From contig CM052817.1 of assembly GCA_028534125.1 (NCBI GenBank), positions 80,726,001 to 80,790,000 of the forward strand: a stretch of 64,000 nucleotides of DNA. Reading direction: 5' to 3'. This DNA comes from Lama glama (lineage: Eukaryota). The position numbers were made by a program, and so were the translations under genes. A model generated the notes under the pieces. The model worked only from the letters and a program-made list of their open reading frames with translations, was not told the DNA's origin and made no database searches. This document shows, piece after piece, positions 51,401 through 63,689 of the stretch (its first letter is position 1; every line of letters starts with the position of its first letter).

Positions 51401-53319
51401 CGATTACGGGAAACTACTAACAGGGAAACTTTCGTTTCCGTTTTCTTTCTTTTTGTTTTTTAAAGTTAAAGAATAATACAGATTTAAGGTCTCACAATGG
51501 TATTTTGTAGCTATGAGTTCTTCCATTTCCAGAGTTGCCTCAGCTGGATGCCTGCTCTGGGCTGGCTCATCTGCTGGCTGGGGCAGACGGGAAAACCTAG
51601 GACAGTGGCGTCAGGACGAGCTACTATTGTTCTATTAGCAATACTGATCAGAATTAATTTTCTATTATCTTCAAATTTCACTTTAGAGGACGCTATACCA
51701 GGGGCGGCTGTGTCTTTCTATGGCCTTGTTGACTGGATGTATTTACAGTGGTCCTTGCACCACTACAAAGCATTTAGCTTTTCAAATGAATCGAAAATAG
51801 GAAATGAAAATATCATCTCTGTTCCATACGCAAGACAAATATGAATCATTCAACCACTCTGAATCCTTAAAAGTACGTATTTCGCTTTTTAACTTTTAAA
51901 TTCTAAGCCCGTAGGGCAAATATCCTCTCTAATTCTTTCTAGTAAATTATTGATCCACAAATGCTGCTTGTGCATAATAGTTACATACAGCTAAATTGTT
52001 CCCGTACAGTAATTGATTTTAAGCTCATATAGCTAAATTTTTTTTTTAAGTCTGGAGGTTAGTATTTGCCAAAGCCTCTGTCTAGAGTTAATACAACTTT
52101 TGGTAATGGGTGAGTCATTGAAATGTCCTGCTTTATCTTTAAATCATCTCCAGTTGTCTCTTCCTCTTTTTAAGCTTTGTATATAGAAAGCTTCTGTTAT
52201 TGGCAGCCTTAATTAGGAAACTCTAAGTGCCTTTAGTCCATATCCTTTGAGTCCTAGTTGGTTGCTAAGCAGTCAACTAGGAAAGACTGGGCTCTGATTG
52301 CAGACTGTTCCAGACTGCAAAATCCTGTCCATCCCGTTCAGAGACATGAACAGCTTTAGGACAGAGGTCCTCGAGCAGATTTCTAAGACTGCAGCCAAAT
52401 GCTTAAAACAGTGGGACCTAGAATGACTTTAATCTTCCTGAACTAGAAATTTCCTAGGATTAGACAGGCTCTTAAGCTGGAATACATAGCACAAAGTCCA
52501 TCAATGATTAATTTCTCAAAGATTATCTCCTATACTGTTTTAGTTAGACGTCTTTCCAGGCAATCACATCCTGATTATGGGCCACCTTATTTGATATTGT
52601 CTCTTGCCCACTATAACATCTTAAAATAGAGCAATGCCTCTTGATTTCTGTAGCTTGAGTAATAAAAATTAATGTGTTTATATAAAACAATGGATTTGGC
52701 GTTTAACGGAATTTAAATAACATAATGGCATCAATCATCACCATATCTTCTTAGAGACTTAAGAAAATGGATGTTAAGTTTGGGAAAAGTCCTGAGTTTC
52801 TCAGAATTAACAAGCTTTACAAGAATGAGGGACCAACAAACGTAAGGACTATTTTATTCATAAGAAAGTTGCTAGTTGTTGGAGGGATACCTGGATCCCC
52901 AGGGAAGTCTTCCTAAAACAAGGATTTGTTCCCCAAAGGCAAGAGGTAGTTCTGACTGGTGGGGATTAACTTCTGGATTCAGAGCACATGCCACAAAGCT
53001 AAGGGAATTCTGGTTTCTGACCGAGAGACCAGCCCTTTAAGTGGCCGACAACAATTTTTGTTTTACGTGCCAAAGAATACAAAGCGGAATAAGGAATGGC
53101 TCTTGCTCTAAATAGTTTTTAAACTGTGTGAAGGTAGCAAGCATTAATCTTTCCCTTGGAAATTCCTTCTGGATACTCAGTCATGGTAATGGTGGAATGT
53201 ATGGGGCAATTTTTTTACCATCATTTGGGTAATTCTTGTTGTGGGAACAGTCAGCCATGTATTTGGTTAGCTTCCTAAAGTCAGCATACAAAAGGATATC
53301 CATTCAGGACATTAAGAAA

Positions 53320-53540
53320 ATTTGTTCTTTCCTCTGACCCAAGTCATCTTTCTAGGTCCAGGGAATATTTCAGTTTTACTATGAATTCCTACTTACCCTT
53401 TCGACTCTGTACTCCAGAAGCTTTGAAACACCTTTGTTATAGCATAGGTTAGTATTATAATTATTTATGCATGCGATTTTTCTTTCATTAGCCTCTGAAC
53501 TCTGCAGGCATTGAGACCATGTTTTATTTGTCTTTGTTTA
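53320..53540 (+). mobile_element. L2 3' fragment
   Basis: ctctgtactccagaagc...tcattagcctctgaactctgcaggcattgagaccatgttttatttgtctttgt. Confidence 0.6.
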
Positions 53541-53959
53541 TTTTGATAAGTTTCATTATATTGTCAAATATACATACAGAGTTGAATATTTGTAATAAAA
53601 AAAGAAAATTTTACTTTCTTTCCATCCAAGAAAAATTTTTAAGAGGAAACTACAATTTGTTAATCCTTGTTCCTTCTTCAAATGTGTAGTTATTGGCAGT
53701 TCATTAGGTGAGGGGCATTTTCTTAGTGGGCGCGGTGTCAGATACAACTTCTTTTGTAAGAGTGGGTAGTATTGAGATGTTATAATGTAAGCACGTGCTC
53801 TTCCAGACTTTCCTAAATCAGGTAACTTATTCTAGAATTCTTGGTTTGGATAATAAAAGATAAATGTGTACCTTTGTATAGCAGCATTTGCTACTGCAAT
53901 TTTGATTTCCTGATGGTTTTAGTGAGCCTTCCATGCAGGATTATAATTACTGGATAGTA

Positions 53960-54125
53960 ATGATATGATAGTAATCACTGCTTTATGTAGGTCATTTTAT
54001 TGACTTTGAGGTAGATGCAGTTTTGATTCTAATTTTATGAGTGAGGAGACTGTGAGAGATTAACTCATCAGCTGGTAGTAGAGCTGGTGAGCAGTCTGGC
54101 TGGCTGTGAGCCTGGCCCACTCTTT
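53960..54125 (-). mobile_element. MIR fragment
   Basis: tgaggtagatgcag...attttatgagtgaggagactgtgagagattaact...agctggtagtagagctgg. Confidence 0.7.
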
Positions 54126-55788
54126 GCAAACAACGAGCTGTGTCCCTCTGCTTCTCTTCACCACTCGCCCTTTGTGCTGCTCTCATTGCTCCCCGTGTCC
54201 CCCAGTCGATGGACTGCAAGTGTTATTCTGACTTGCTGCAGAGGGGAGTGAAGGTCGCAGACGATCCGGGTACATGTGGAGTGCACCAGAGGTTATCATC
54301 ACAGACCGTGTTTATTGCGGCGCTCAGCCAGGGGTTTTTGGCAGTTTTCAGGACCGTGGAGGCCTCCTCTCAACACAGGAGCCAGTGTAAATACACAACA
54401 AAGGGACCACACCTGAGGAGGGCCTTCTGTCTATTTGAGTGACCTTGTTCATGGCTCTGGGCCACTGGAGATCCTTCTCATCAGTCACATATTCCATTTC
54501 CCTTTCTGAAACTTCCTGTAAGCCTGTTTGAAGTTTTTCCCTCCCAGTAGTTTATAGGGTGATTAAGATTTCAAGTTCTCCAAAGATGAAGCTGATAGGT
54601 ACTTTTTAAATGACATTGTCATCATAATTATATTTGCTGTGCTGATCAGAATTTTCTTTAAAAGAATTAGTTACCACGGTAGTCCTCACCCTACCTGCCA
54701 GTTATCCGAGGACAAGATAAATTCATGCTCACGCTTTCACAGTCACAGTCTATGAGACAAGAAGTGGATCAGGAATTAGGTTCCTGCTACACGATGTAGT
54801 AGGGCTTGTCTAGTTCAGCTGGAACAAAGATCTTCCCCTCTTGTTTCCACCATTGCATATCAGTCAGTGTATCAGTCAGTAAACATTTTGGGGTGCCACC
54901 AAGTGCCCATGCCTTGATGAATACAAGAGATGAGTGACAAGATCCACATACAGAAGGAATTTATTAACAAAGGAGTCCAACAAACTTTGGGTCATCAACA
55001 GCTTGGAGGCACATTTTTGCTTTTGTAAACTGAATATGAAAAGATGACAGGGAATGATAGGCAGCTGAAGCCTGTGATGAGTGGTGGTGTGGGAAAAATG
55101 GAAGCTTGGCACGCTTTTCCTTGGTGGGCCTACAAAATGCAGATAGGCCTCACAGAATTGCGAGACTCAAATCCGAAATTTGGTTTTCAGCGAACACATG
55201 GCAGGGCTTGAGGATCTGAGATAATTAACAGAAATTAATCTCAAACCTGCTGACAACAGTTTGCAAAGAGGCTGCTGACACGAGTTGCTGCTATGGAAGA
55301 CAAAGCTGACTTGTAATAAAACTGAAGTGCCCCTTTAAAAAGTACTGGTTAGGTAGAGATGAAACCGTTTTGCATGCTTCCCTTTCTTACGTATTTAACT
55401 TGGAAATTTACCTACCTTATTGTGTAACTTGATTTTATTTTTGACACATGAGAAGATGGATCAACTTTTCTGTATTGCAGCATTTTGGGGGGTTAAATAA
55501 CATTTTCAATATGCAATTTCAGTTTAGCTGATTTATAATTACAGTTTTATTATTTTATAACAATGTGTTACTCTTAATATAATGTGCTCCTGTATTAAAG
55601 GCTGATGTGGTGCACAAATGTTGTTAAGCATGTAAACTGATGGCATAATTTGCCCTTGACCTTGGATCTTGGGGCTGCTAGAACTCTGAGGAGAGAGAGG
55701 TGGGGTTTTTTTTTTTTTTCCGGCCACTTGGGACACTACGAAAGGCATTAATTTTAAAACTAGACTGGAGTAATTACCGTTACATTTA

Positions 55789-55908
55789 TGTTAGAGGTTA
55801 ACATTTGTGTTATTTCCTCTTATTGCCTGGCTTTACAGAATGTTATGCCCCACTGCTTTTATTAAATCCAGGTAATAGAGGAAATAACAGTGTTATTAAC
55901 CTCTAACA
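55789..55908. other. Long imperfect inverted repeat (~120-nt hairpin)
   Basis: tgttagaggttaa (55789-55801) pairs ttaacctctaaca (55896-55908); tgttatttcctc pairs gaggaaataaca; tattgcctgg pairs ccaggtaata (one G-U); ttta pairs taaa. Confidence 0.95.
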
Positions 55909-57599
55909 CTGATGAAAAATTAGTCTTAAGTAAAACATGGTTTAAAATCACAGCAATTGTGCTAGTCGTCTAGCTGGTTCCCCAACGAAGCACAGTAAGG
56001 CTTTGTGTACTCACTGCGTCCATATTTATTATTATAAAAATAAAGACAGAGTATAATATGAAATAAATCTCGGGGGGAATGGGGATTAGATTTTAATGCA
56101 TACTATACTCTTACTAATAAATGTTACAGGTTTGCATGACATTAAACAAATAAGTACTCATTTTAAAAAGCACCACTTTTCTCTGCTTGAAAAAGCAACT
56201 AGTTTTGATAACAACTACTTTCACAGAAAGCACTTAGAAATTTAATATATAATATCACTGACCCTATCAGAAGTCTCAAGTACAATGCTTCTAAACAAGT
56301 ATTTTTAAGCTGTGTATTACTGTAGAAAAGTTATCTTTTCCATGCATGTTTGCTTTAAAACATTAATTTTTAAAGTGATTCTTGATATTTGAGTAGAGGG
56401 ATATTTTGCTTCCCTGGTTATACTATATATATACAGAACATGGTTTTGTGGGGATGTTTATTCTATTTGAGACCACAAAGTAACCGTCTCAAATAATTTT
56501 ATTATTTTTAGACAAATGTGAAAGTGTAGACTTAATAAATAAGGTTAAGGCAAAAATTTATTACAGAAAGATGCTCTTTACAGAAGAATTTGATAGCAAG
56601 GTCTATTGTTTAGTTATAAAGTATAATTTATATGTTTTGATTCATAAGTATTTTATTTAAATTTAATATTAAAGCAACACACCCACTCTGTCAAGTACAG
56701 CGTATTTGTATCTATCAAAGTAACTTTAAAGGTTTTTTTTTAATTGTTTGTTTGATTTTTTAAATACACCCTTCTGCCTAACTTTTATTAGTGAATTGTC
56801 AAATTATTTGAAGGTAAATTATCTCTTGCAAAAAAAAAGCATATCTTTTAACTGTAGGTATATAGTTTTCTAAACTACACAATGTAATTTTAAAATAATG
56901 AAGTATTAAGAGGTTTCTTTTTAATTTGTTATTTTAGTTTAAATGAAGAATGAACATGATTGATTAGGACAGGCATCATTATTGAGAGGGATCATTTTGT
57001 TTTACCTCTTTATTCGAAGGATTATGTGGGAAAACATTAATGTATTTGAGAGCCTTTTTGTGCAGTAAACGAATTCATATATAGATAAGTGTTTTGTAAC
57101 TATGCAAATGTGAAATATTAGATAATAATACTATTCTCATGACTTATAGTGGAAAAGATATATAAACCTCACAGTATTCATAGCATTTCTGTAATATGTA
57201 TTTGTCTAAAAGAAAACAAAAAGAAAAGTAAGCACTGTACTTCTTAACCTTTAGGTAAATACACATTCCAGTGGCATGAACAGTCAGTCCTAGGTTAAGA
57301 CTCAGTAACACATTTACCTTTTAAATTAACAACCACTTCAGTGGTTAAATGAGTATTCCTAAGCCAAAACATTGGAAGCTTAGTTAGTATCCAAAACAAG
57401 TCTGTCATCAATGAACTTATTTCCCAACAAAAGGAAAAGGAGGCATCAAATGTGAACAGTGGATGTGCTCAGTTCCCTTATTCTAAACACATTAGTACAC
57501 CGTATTTTCCCACTTAGAGAAGCTTTTGTGTACTGAGCATGTGGCTGTTTAAATGCCCCAGCGGGGCTTCCAGAGGCTGTGAAAAAAGGAAAAATTATT

Positions 57600-57830
57600 T
57601 GGAACAATTTGCATTCGTTCAAGGGCAACGTTAAGCATTTTACAGCTGGTTTGTGGCTATTCTTGTGCTGTGTAAGCTGTCTTTCATGTCAAAAGTCCTT
57701 TCCTGCTTACAGATCATCAGGAAGCATTCTGCTGCATGCTGTTTGCCCAAGTTCCTCCAGGGCTCTGGGCCTTTGATCAGGGATACCATTTGCAATCTGG
57801 TTAAAAATAGGAGGCTGCTGAGATAAGCCT
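57600..57830. promoter_or_regulatory. Candidate muscle/cardiac-type enhancer (MEF2, GATA, TCF/LEF, E-box, octamer)
   Basis: ATTTGCAT 57607, CAGCTG 57643, CTTTGATC 57771, TTAAAAATAG 57801 (YTAWWWWTAR), AGATAA 57821; repeat-free. Confidence 0.45.
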
Positions 57831-58169
57831 GGGTCCTGGCAGTGAGGAACGGCCCTTTCCTTTTTCTTTTTCAGCTTTGTTCTCTTGTTTTTTAATATGG
57901 GAACCGATGATCCCAGCGCAGAAGAATCGTGTTCAGGAACGAGGGCACGCTTAGAGGTGTCAGAACTTTAAAGGGGAAGAAAATTTATTAAAGAGGTCCA
58001 CTTCATGAACCCAGGCTCACTATTTCAGTGTTTAATTTTAAGAGAAGTGAGTCTGTTATTTCTCGGGTTACAACACAGCAGTACTTGCTTCTCTTACACT
58101 GAAGGTACACGGCTTGTCACACTACTCCAAGTGTGGTTTTGAATATCTTTGAATATCTTTTTCCCCCCA

Positions 58170-58527
58170 TTTTTAAATTGAAGTAAAGTTGATTTATAAT
58201 GTGGTATTAGTTTCTGGTGTACAGCATAGTGATTCAGTTATATATTTATACACACACACAAACACATTCTTTTTCATACTCTTTCTCATTGCAGGTTACT
58301 ATGAGCCATTGAATATAGTCCCATGTGCTGTACAGTAGGACCTTGCCATTTATCTATTCTGTACATAGTAGTTTGTATCTGCCAATTCCGACTCCCAGTT
58401 TATCCCTCCCTGCCCCCTTTCCCTTCTGGTAACCATAAGTTTGTTTTCTATGTCCATGAGTTTCTTAATGTTTTGTAAATAAATTTGTGTCTTTTTTTTT
58501 TTTTTTTAGATTCCACATATAAGTGAT
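58170..58527 (-). mobile_element. Cetartiodactyl-type LINE-1 3' end
   Basis: ttgaagtaaagttgatttataatgtggtattagtttctggtgtacagcatagtgattcag...gtacagtaggacc...ggtaaccataagtttgttttctatgtc...ttagattccacatataagtgat. Confidence 0.92.
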
Positions 58528-59039
58528 CTTTATAGTGGAAAAAATTATGAGCAGGATTGTTGTTAGCAAACCTAACATAAAAGAGCAATAATATAATTGA
58601 AATTACAGTTTGATAATGATCATTATAAGGATAAAGCCAGAATAAAAATGACTCATCTTTTTATTTTCTACATCACTTATCATTTGTCAGTTCTTTCTTA
58701 AGTTTGGCTACTTGTTGAAAACAAAAGCATGAGGATTTATTATACATAGTTTCTTGTTTAGTTTCTCTAGGAATTTCAGTTAACATTACTCTGTGAATTT
58801 AAGATGCAGGGAGACGGTGACTTGTTCATTATTGTTTGCTTAAGCAACAAATCAAATGTGCCACAAGCCATGAAATTAGACACTTCTTTGGAAATGAAAT
58901 ATAATCTAGATGGTGAAAATATAATAAGTTTGACTACTAGAATATCAATATGATACTCAGGGTGAAATATTTAGTATGAAATGAAATGTACTAGAAGAGG
59001 TCTTGGGAATTTAATGAATTTTTCTGCTAGCAGGCAAGA

Positions 59040-59475
59040 CCATTTATTTGTTCATTTACCCAAACGGAGATCTGTGCAAAGCCAAATCCTGTAATGTAAA
59101 GCAGGATATGAGAGTGCCTCAAAGAGGCTAAAAACGATGTTTGTTTTAATGCCATGTCCATTTTTGGCAGTTTTAGAGCCTGTGTACATTTTGACGGGAC
59201 AAGGAGGAATTAATCAAAGGAAGAATTGTGAGAATAAGTTTGGAGAATGGGGGTGGGGAGGTGAGATTTGAGGTGGAGAAATCAGTTTATACGAATTTCA
59301 GGATCAAGGAGACTTTGGAGGCTGCATGTGACGCAGGTGTGCTTGGTTGGAGCACCATGTGACAGCATGAGAGGTGGGGGTGGTGGGAGCTGGGCTGGGA
59401 GGGGAGGTGGGGGTGGAGTTTGCAGAGCTAGTGGGGGCCAGATCCTGGAAGATTATATGTGCTGTATCCATTGAA
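59040..59475 (-). mobile_element. L2 fragment
   Basis: catttatttgttcattt...gaggtgagatttgag...gggccagatcctggaaga. Confidence 0.55.
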
Positions 59476-60789
59476 CTATATTAATGTTTCTTCTTTAATC
59501 ATACGGTAAAAACATTTGCTGCTGGGTTTGCTGTATTCATTCATATTTTAAAAAATTCCTATTTGCCCAAAAGCTGAAAACTTTGTAAGTTGTGTTTGTG
59601 TTTGAATATCACTACGTGTGAATAGCTTACATTCCAGCAGACACAATCTTGAGGTTTAATTAGACGAATTTTACAAGCAGTTTTATATAAAACAAATGTT
59701 TCAATCCATGTCTTTAGAATGGAGACAGTCATCTCTGAAAGGGGCTCCTTCCTAAAAGTCCAACTCAGAGGTTTTTTGGTCTTGGCGGTGTGATTACCAC
59801 TGTTTTGAGTATCTTGCCCTGCAAAATATACACCATCTCACTTTGCAGTGTCCTAAGATGGGCATTTTATACCTCTGTCTAGGACTGGTCATGGAGTTAG
59901 GTGTACCAGGAAAAAGGATCTAATTTCACTGAAAAGATGGAATATACATTTGCACTAATGTCTGGAAAATCAACTTGTGCCTAAATTTTAAAGGACTGTA
60001 GGACGAATCAGTGAAATTTTTGCAATACGCTTTTACTGTATATTCTGGTAAAGTCATTTGGCCCCTTAGCCTCAGAAGGTTAATTGGATCTCTTGTAATG
60101 AGTGACTACACCCAGTCACACATGGTTTGGAAATTTATTTATTCATTTAAAAATTGTTATTTTTCAGGCAATAACATTGAGGTGCTTTTATTGAGTGGGA
60201 TTGTTCTAAATTTGTTAGTTTTATGGCTCCTGTGATGAACATTATTAAAAACGAGCACTAAGAGCCAACTTAAATAAAAAAAAAACCTATGTTGCTTAAA
60301 TATGTTTTTCATCTCTATGTCTAGCAAATAGCTTTTATGTAAATTTGAACCTGCTTTGAGCTTTTGGGGACAAGTATAATAGCACTGAGTCAGGTATTTG
60401 CCATGTACCAGAGGTGGCTACTGAGTGGGAATTTTGTTAGTTAAAGGAGTTACTCTTAATAACAAAAAAGTTGTAAGACAAGCAGGAGGAGGGGTGGGGA
60501 AGGCAAGGTTTGAACCTACTGTTTCATTAAGCAAAGGAGAAAAATATTTTGCAAATACAGTTCTGTATCTCATTTGCCTCTCCTATTTCCTTTTTCGCTT
60601 TCCAGTTTTGCTTTCTTCTTTCTCTTGTTATCCTTTGCTGTAAAAATAAATGTATTGCTTATTTTAGCACTTGATAAATGTCACATATATGTAATTTTCT
60701 TTAATGGAATAGCTTATTAGTTTTTCTTACGGCTTATTTCTTTCATAGAGACCCATCACATAGATGCCAGGAATTTATAATACCTTAAG

Positions 60790-61900
60790 TGGTACCTTCC
60801 CGAGGAAAAGAGAGAAAGGTATTATCATTACTACAACACATCCACGTACCATTAAGAGTTTCTTTTAAGGGATTAAATCTGCAGAGGAAGAAAGAAAGGG
60901 ATCCTAAAAGCGGCTGCTGTATCAAACCCCACAGTTGTAGAAGAACAATCTGCAAGGATGTCTTTTGCTTTAATCATTTTGTCTCTTAGCTCTTCTCTTC
61001 TTTTAAGGATGTTCTCAGATTTTAGTGTACATGTGTGCTCTGGGGAATGGAGAGCTGTGGAGAAACTCAAATACTTCTACATAATAGGTCTACATAATAG
61101 TTATGGGAGAGAGAGCACATTTAGAAGATGGGAAACTTTTATGCTGGAAAGACCAGGCCTTTCAGATGTTTGAGAGATTGTTATATGGGACCATTTATGA
61201 AGACCATCCCAGAGATCTAGACCATGAAGGCTTGAACCATATCAAGGGTAGGAAAACTTTGTGTAGACTTCTAGATGTAGACCCTGTGAGACTTTAAGGG
61301 GAAGGGTTGAGGACTTAAAATATCAAAATTTACAAGTACATAGTTCCTGGGAATGACAAGACAGTTCTCTGAAGGAAAATTCCATGTGGCTTTCTCAGAG
61401 AGTCCAATTCCTTTAAAAACAAAAATATAGCAACCCCCCCCCCAAATCTCAGATGCAACTTGATATGGAAGAAAGAATAATATGTATGCAGAATTTTCTC
61501 AAGGGGGAAAATGGTACCTAGAAGCTCCTGTGTCGGAGCAATTTCCTTTGAAATAGCTATATCAGATGTACTAAGAAACGGAAACCCTTTGGTCCTGGTA
61601 AATTTAGGAGACTTTGCAGCTATACGTTACAAGATATTATTAGGCAGAGATATCCCATGAGTAAAACTGCTGTAAACATTCAACACATAAAATACCTGGA
61701 CATTAAGTATCCACAGATATTGTAGAATTCATGTATGAGAGAAACCTCATAAATGTAGCAGCCTAAGGTTAAAGTCAGATATTGGAGATCATCTCAGTGA
61801 CCCAGGGAAGAAGTCTACATCTGTGATAGATTGTACTAAGGGCCTTAAAATGCATGGATTCTTGTTGCTACTTAGAAATTTAGTTGGTTTATGACTCAGG
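60790..61900 (+). pseudogene. Decayed, apparently processed KRAB-C2H2 zinc-finger pseudogene (ZKSCAN-like architecture)
   Basis: 61012-61107 translates FSDFSVHVCSGEWRAVEKLKYFYIIGLHNSYG, with KRAB-A spacing F.D..V.....EW.........Y.......YG. 61724-61756 gives RIHV*EKPHKC (H-C link). Further degenerate fingers: KPFGPGKFRRLCS (~61582), AEISHE*NCCK (~61645), PGKKSTSVIDCTKGL (~61802). Stops and frameshifts throughout. Confidence 0.65.
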
Positions 61901-63003
61901 GAAAGGCTCTGAGATGATGTTAATATATCTGAAGAGGGGATGTCTGTCAGGAGGGGATTGGTCAGTAAAGGACTGGTAGATATGGGGGCTGTGGTTTGGC
62001 CGTATCAATCAGAGAGAGCATAGAGCATGAGGGAAATTCTTCCACCTATGGAGCAGCATACTTCTGGAAAGAGATACTTGTTACCATTAACATGAAAATA
62101 TATGACTGCCTCTGTTTTATCCAGTTCTAGGATCATCTTCAGATTATAATTTGACTTCTGTGCACTTGCTACTTAAAAAAGAAAAACTACAGAAGATTTG
62201 AGTATCCTGTCTTTTTGGCAGTTTTATTTTTTACTCTATGTTACTCCAGTAAAAAAAAAAATATCGATTATATACAGTCTCTTGTGAATTATATTAGTCT
62301 GAGGTTTTAATGTGTAGTTCAGACAGCTTTTGTCACTGGTATGATCACTGCACACAACATTATGAACCAGACCCAGGATTTTGATGCTTACCCTCTGAAG
62401 CTTCATCTGGGGCTAAATGACTCATTTGTGCAAGCTGAAAAATGTTGCCCCTTCCTCTGAGTAGACATAGCTTTGCACCAGGGAAGCTGGCTTGGTGAGC
62501 AAAGGGTAGGTTGGATCTCACCTCTTATTTTCCTCTTGATTGGTGCCTTTGGTCAGTGACAAGCCTGTGCAACCACATCAGTGGCTCTGATAGCACCAAG
62601 TTCCTTAGCAGTTGGCAAGCCTGATGGCATGCTACCCAGTTTGTGTGTATTTTTTGGAAGCATATTGTATGTATCTTTCAGATTCATATTCAATGCACAA
62701 AAATGGCAAATTAGGGGTGGTTATTTTCATTTTGGAAGTTTATGTGTTAAATAGGGCATGAAAATTATTTGTTTAAATAATTTCTCCCATTATTTAATTT
62801 AGAAAAAAGTTGAAGAACACATCTAATAGTTGAAATATATTTTACTTTAAAAAGTTTTTGTTTGTTGAGTCTCACAAAAAGTCACATAGATGACCTGTCT
62901 TAGCCACACCCCTCTCCTATTATCAGAATAGCTACAATCTGCAACGTCTACTCTTTTTTTCCTTAGATTTAGAAAGTTTTGAACACACATACACACAAAT
63001 ATT

Positions 63004-63378
63004 TATGGCAGATTGTACTATTGTTCCTAATATTCCTTTTCTCCTTACCCCAAAGAAGATAACGCATTCTTTTCCCATTGACGTGCAGCATGGTCGTCTG
63101 ATTTGCTCAAGCCAAGGGATATGCCAAATCTGAGAAGTTCTTTCACTTCTGCCCCTCCACCCCATTCCCCTCAAGAAAAGCAGGTATGAGATGGGTGCTG
63201 CTCCTCCAACCTGGATTCTGGATTGAGAAAACAAATGAAGCAGACTCCATCAGCCCACAGCCTGCACCAGAGCCACAGCCAGCCTACAGTCCTCATTTAA
63301 CATGAGTGAGAAATAACTGCCAGAGTTAGCTCTGAGATTTGGGGCTTGCTTGTTGCCACAGCAAAAACTATCTAATAC
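63004..63378 (+). mobile_element. Old MaLR LTR (MLT1I/J-like)
   Basis: tatggcagattgt...gctgctcctccaacctggattctgga...aacatgagtgagaaataa...ctgagatttggggcttgcttgttgccacagcaaaa...ctaatac. Confidence 0.85.
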
Positions 63379-63484
63379 GTGTTTTAATATTACTATCATA
63401 ACAAGTATTGCTGTAATGTTCCCAACCCTCATTGCTGCTTTACACTTTTACACCACTGGCGGTTGTAAACTGCTCTCAAATGGA

Positions 63485-63665
63485 CGACCTCATCTGATAC
63501 TCACAGCTGCAATTAACAGTAGGTGCCTTAAGTTGACACTAAGAGAAGATCACGAATTCTCTCAAGGTCAAGGTGCTGGTAAGTGGTAGGACAGGACCCT
63601 TAGTTCAAGTTGTCATTTTTCTGGACCTTAGTTGACTAATCTCCAATCCACTTTACTAACTTTTT
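63485..63665 (-). mobile_element. MIR fragment
   Basis: cctcatctgatactcacagc...tcaaggtcaagg.gctggtaagtggtagga. Confidence 0.6.
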
Positions 63666-63689
63666 AAGGGTTGCACACATCCCCATTGT

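Noticed and set aside
52254..52280. 27-nt quasi-palindrome ctagttggttgctaagcagtcaactag
   Set aside because: Short enough to be expected occasionally; no additional support.
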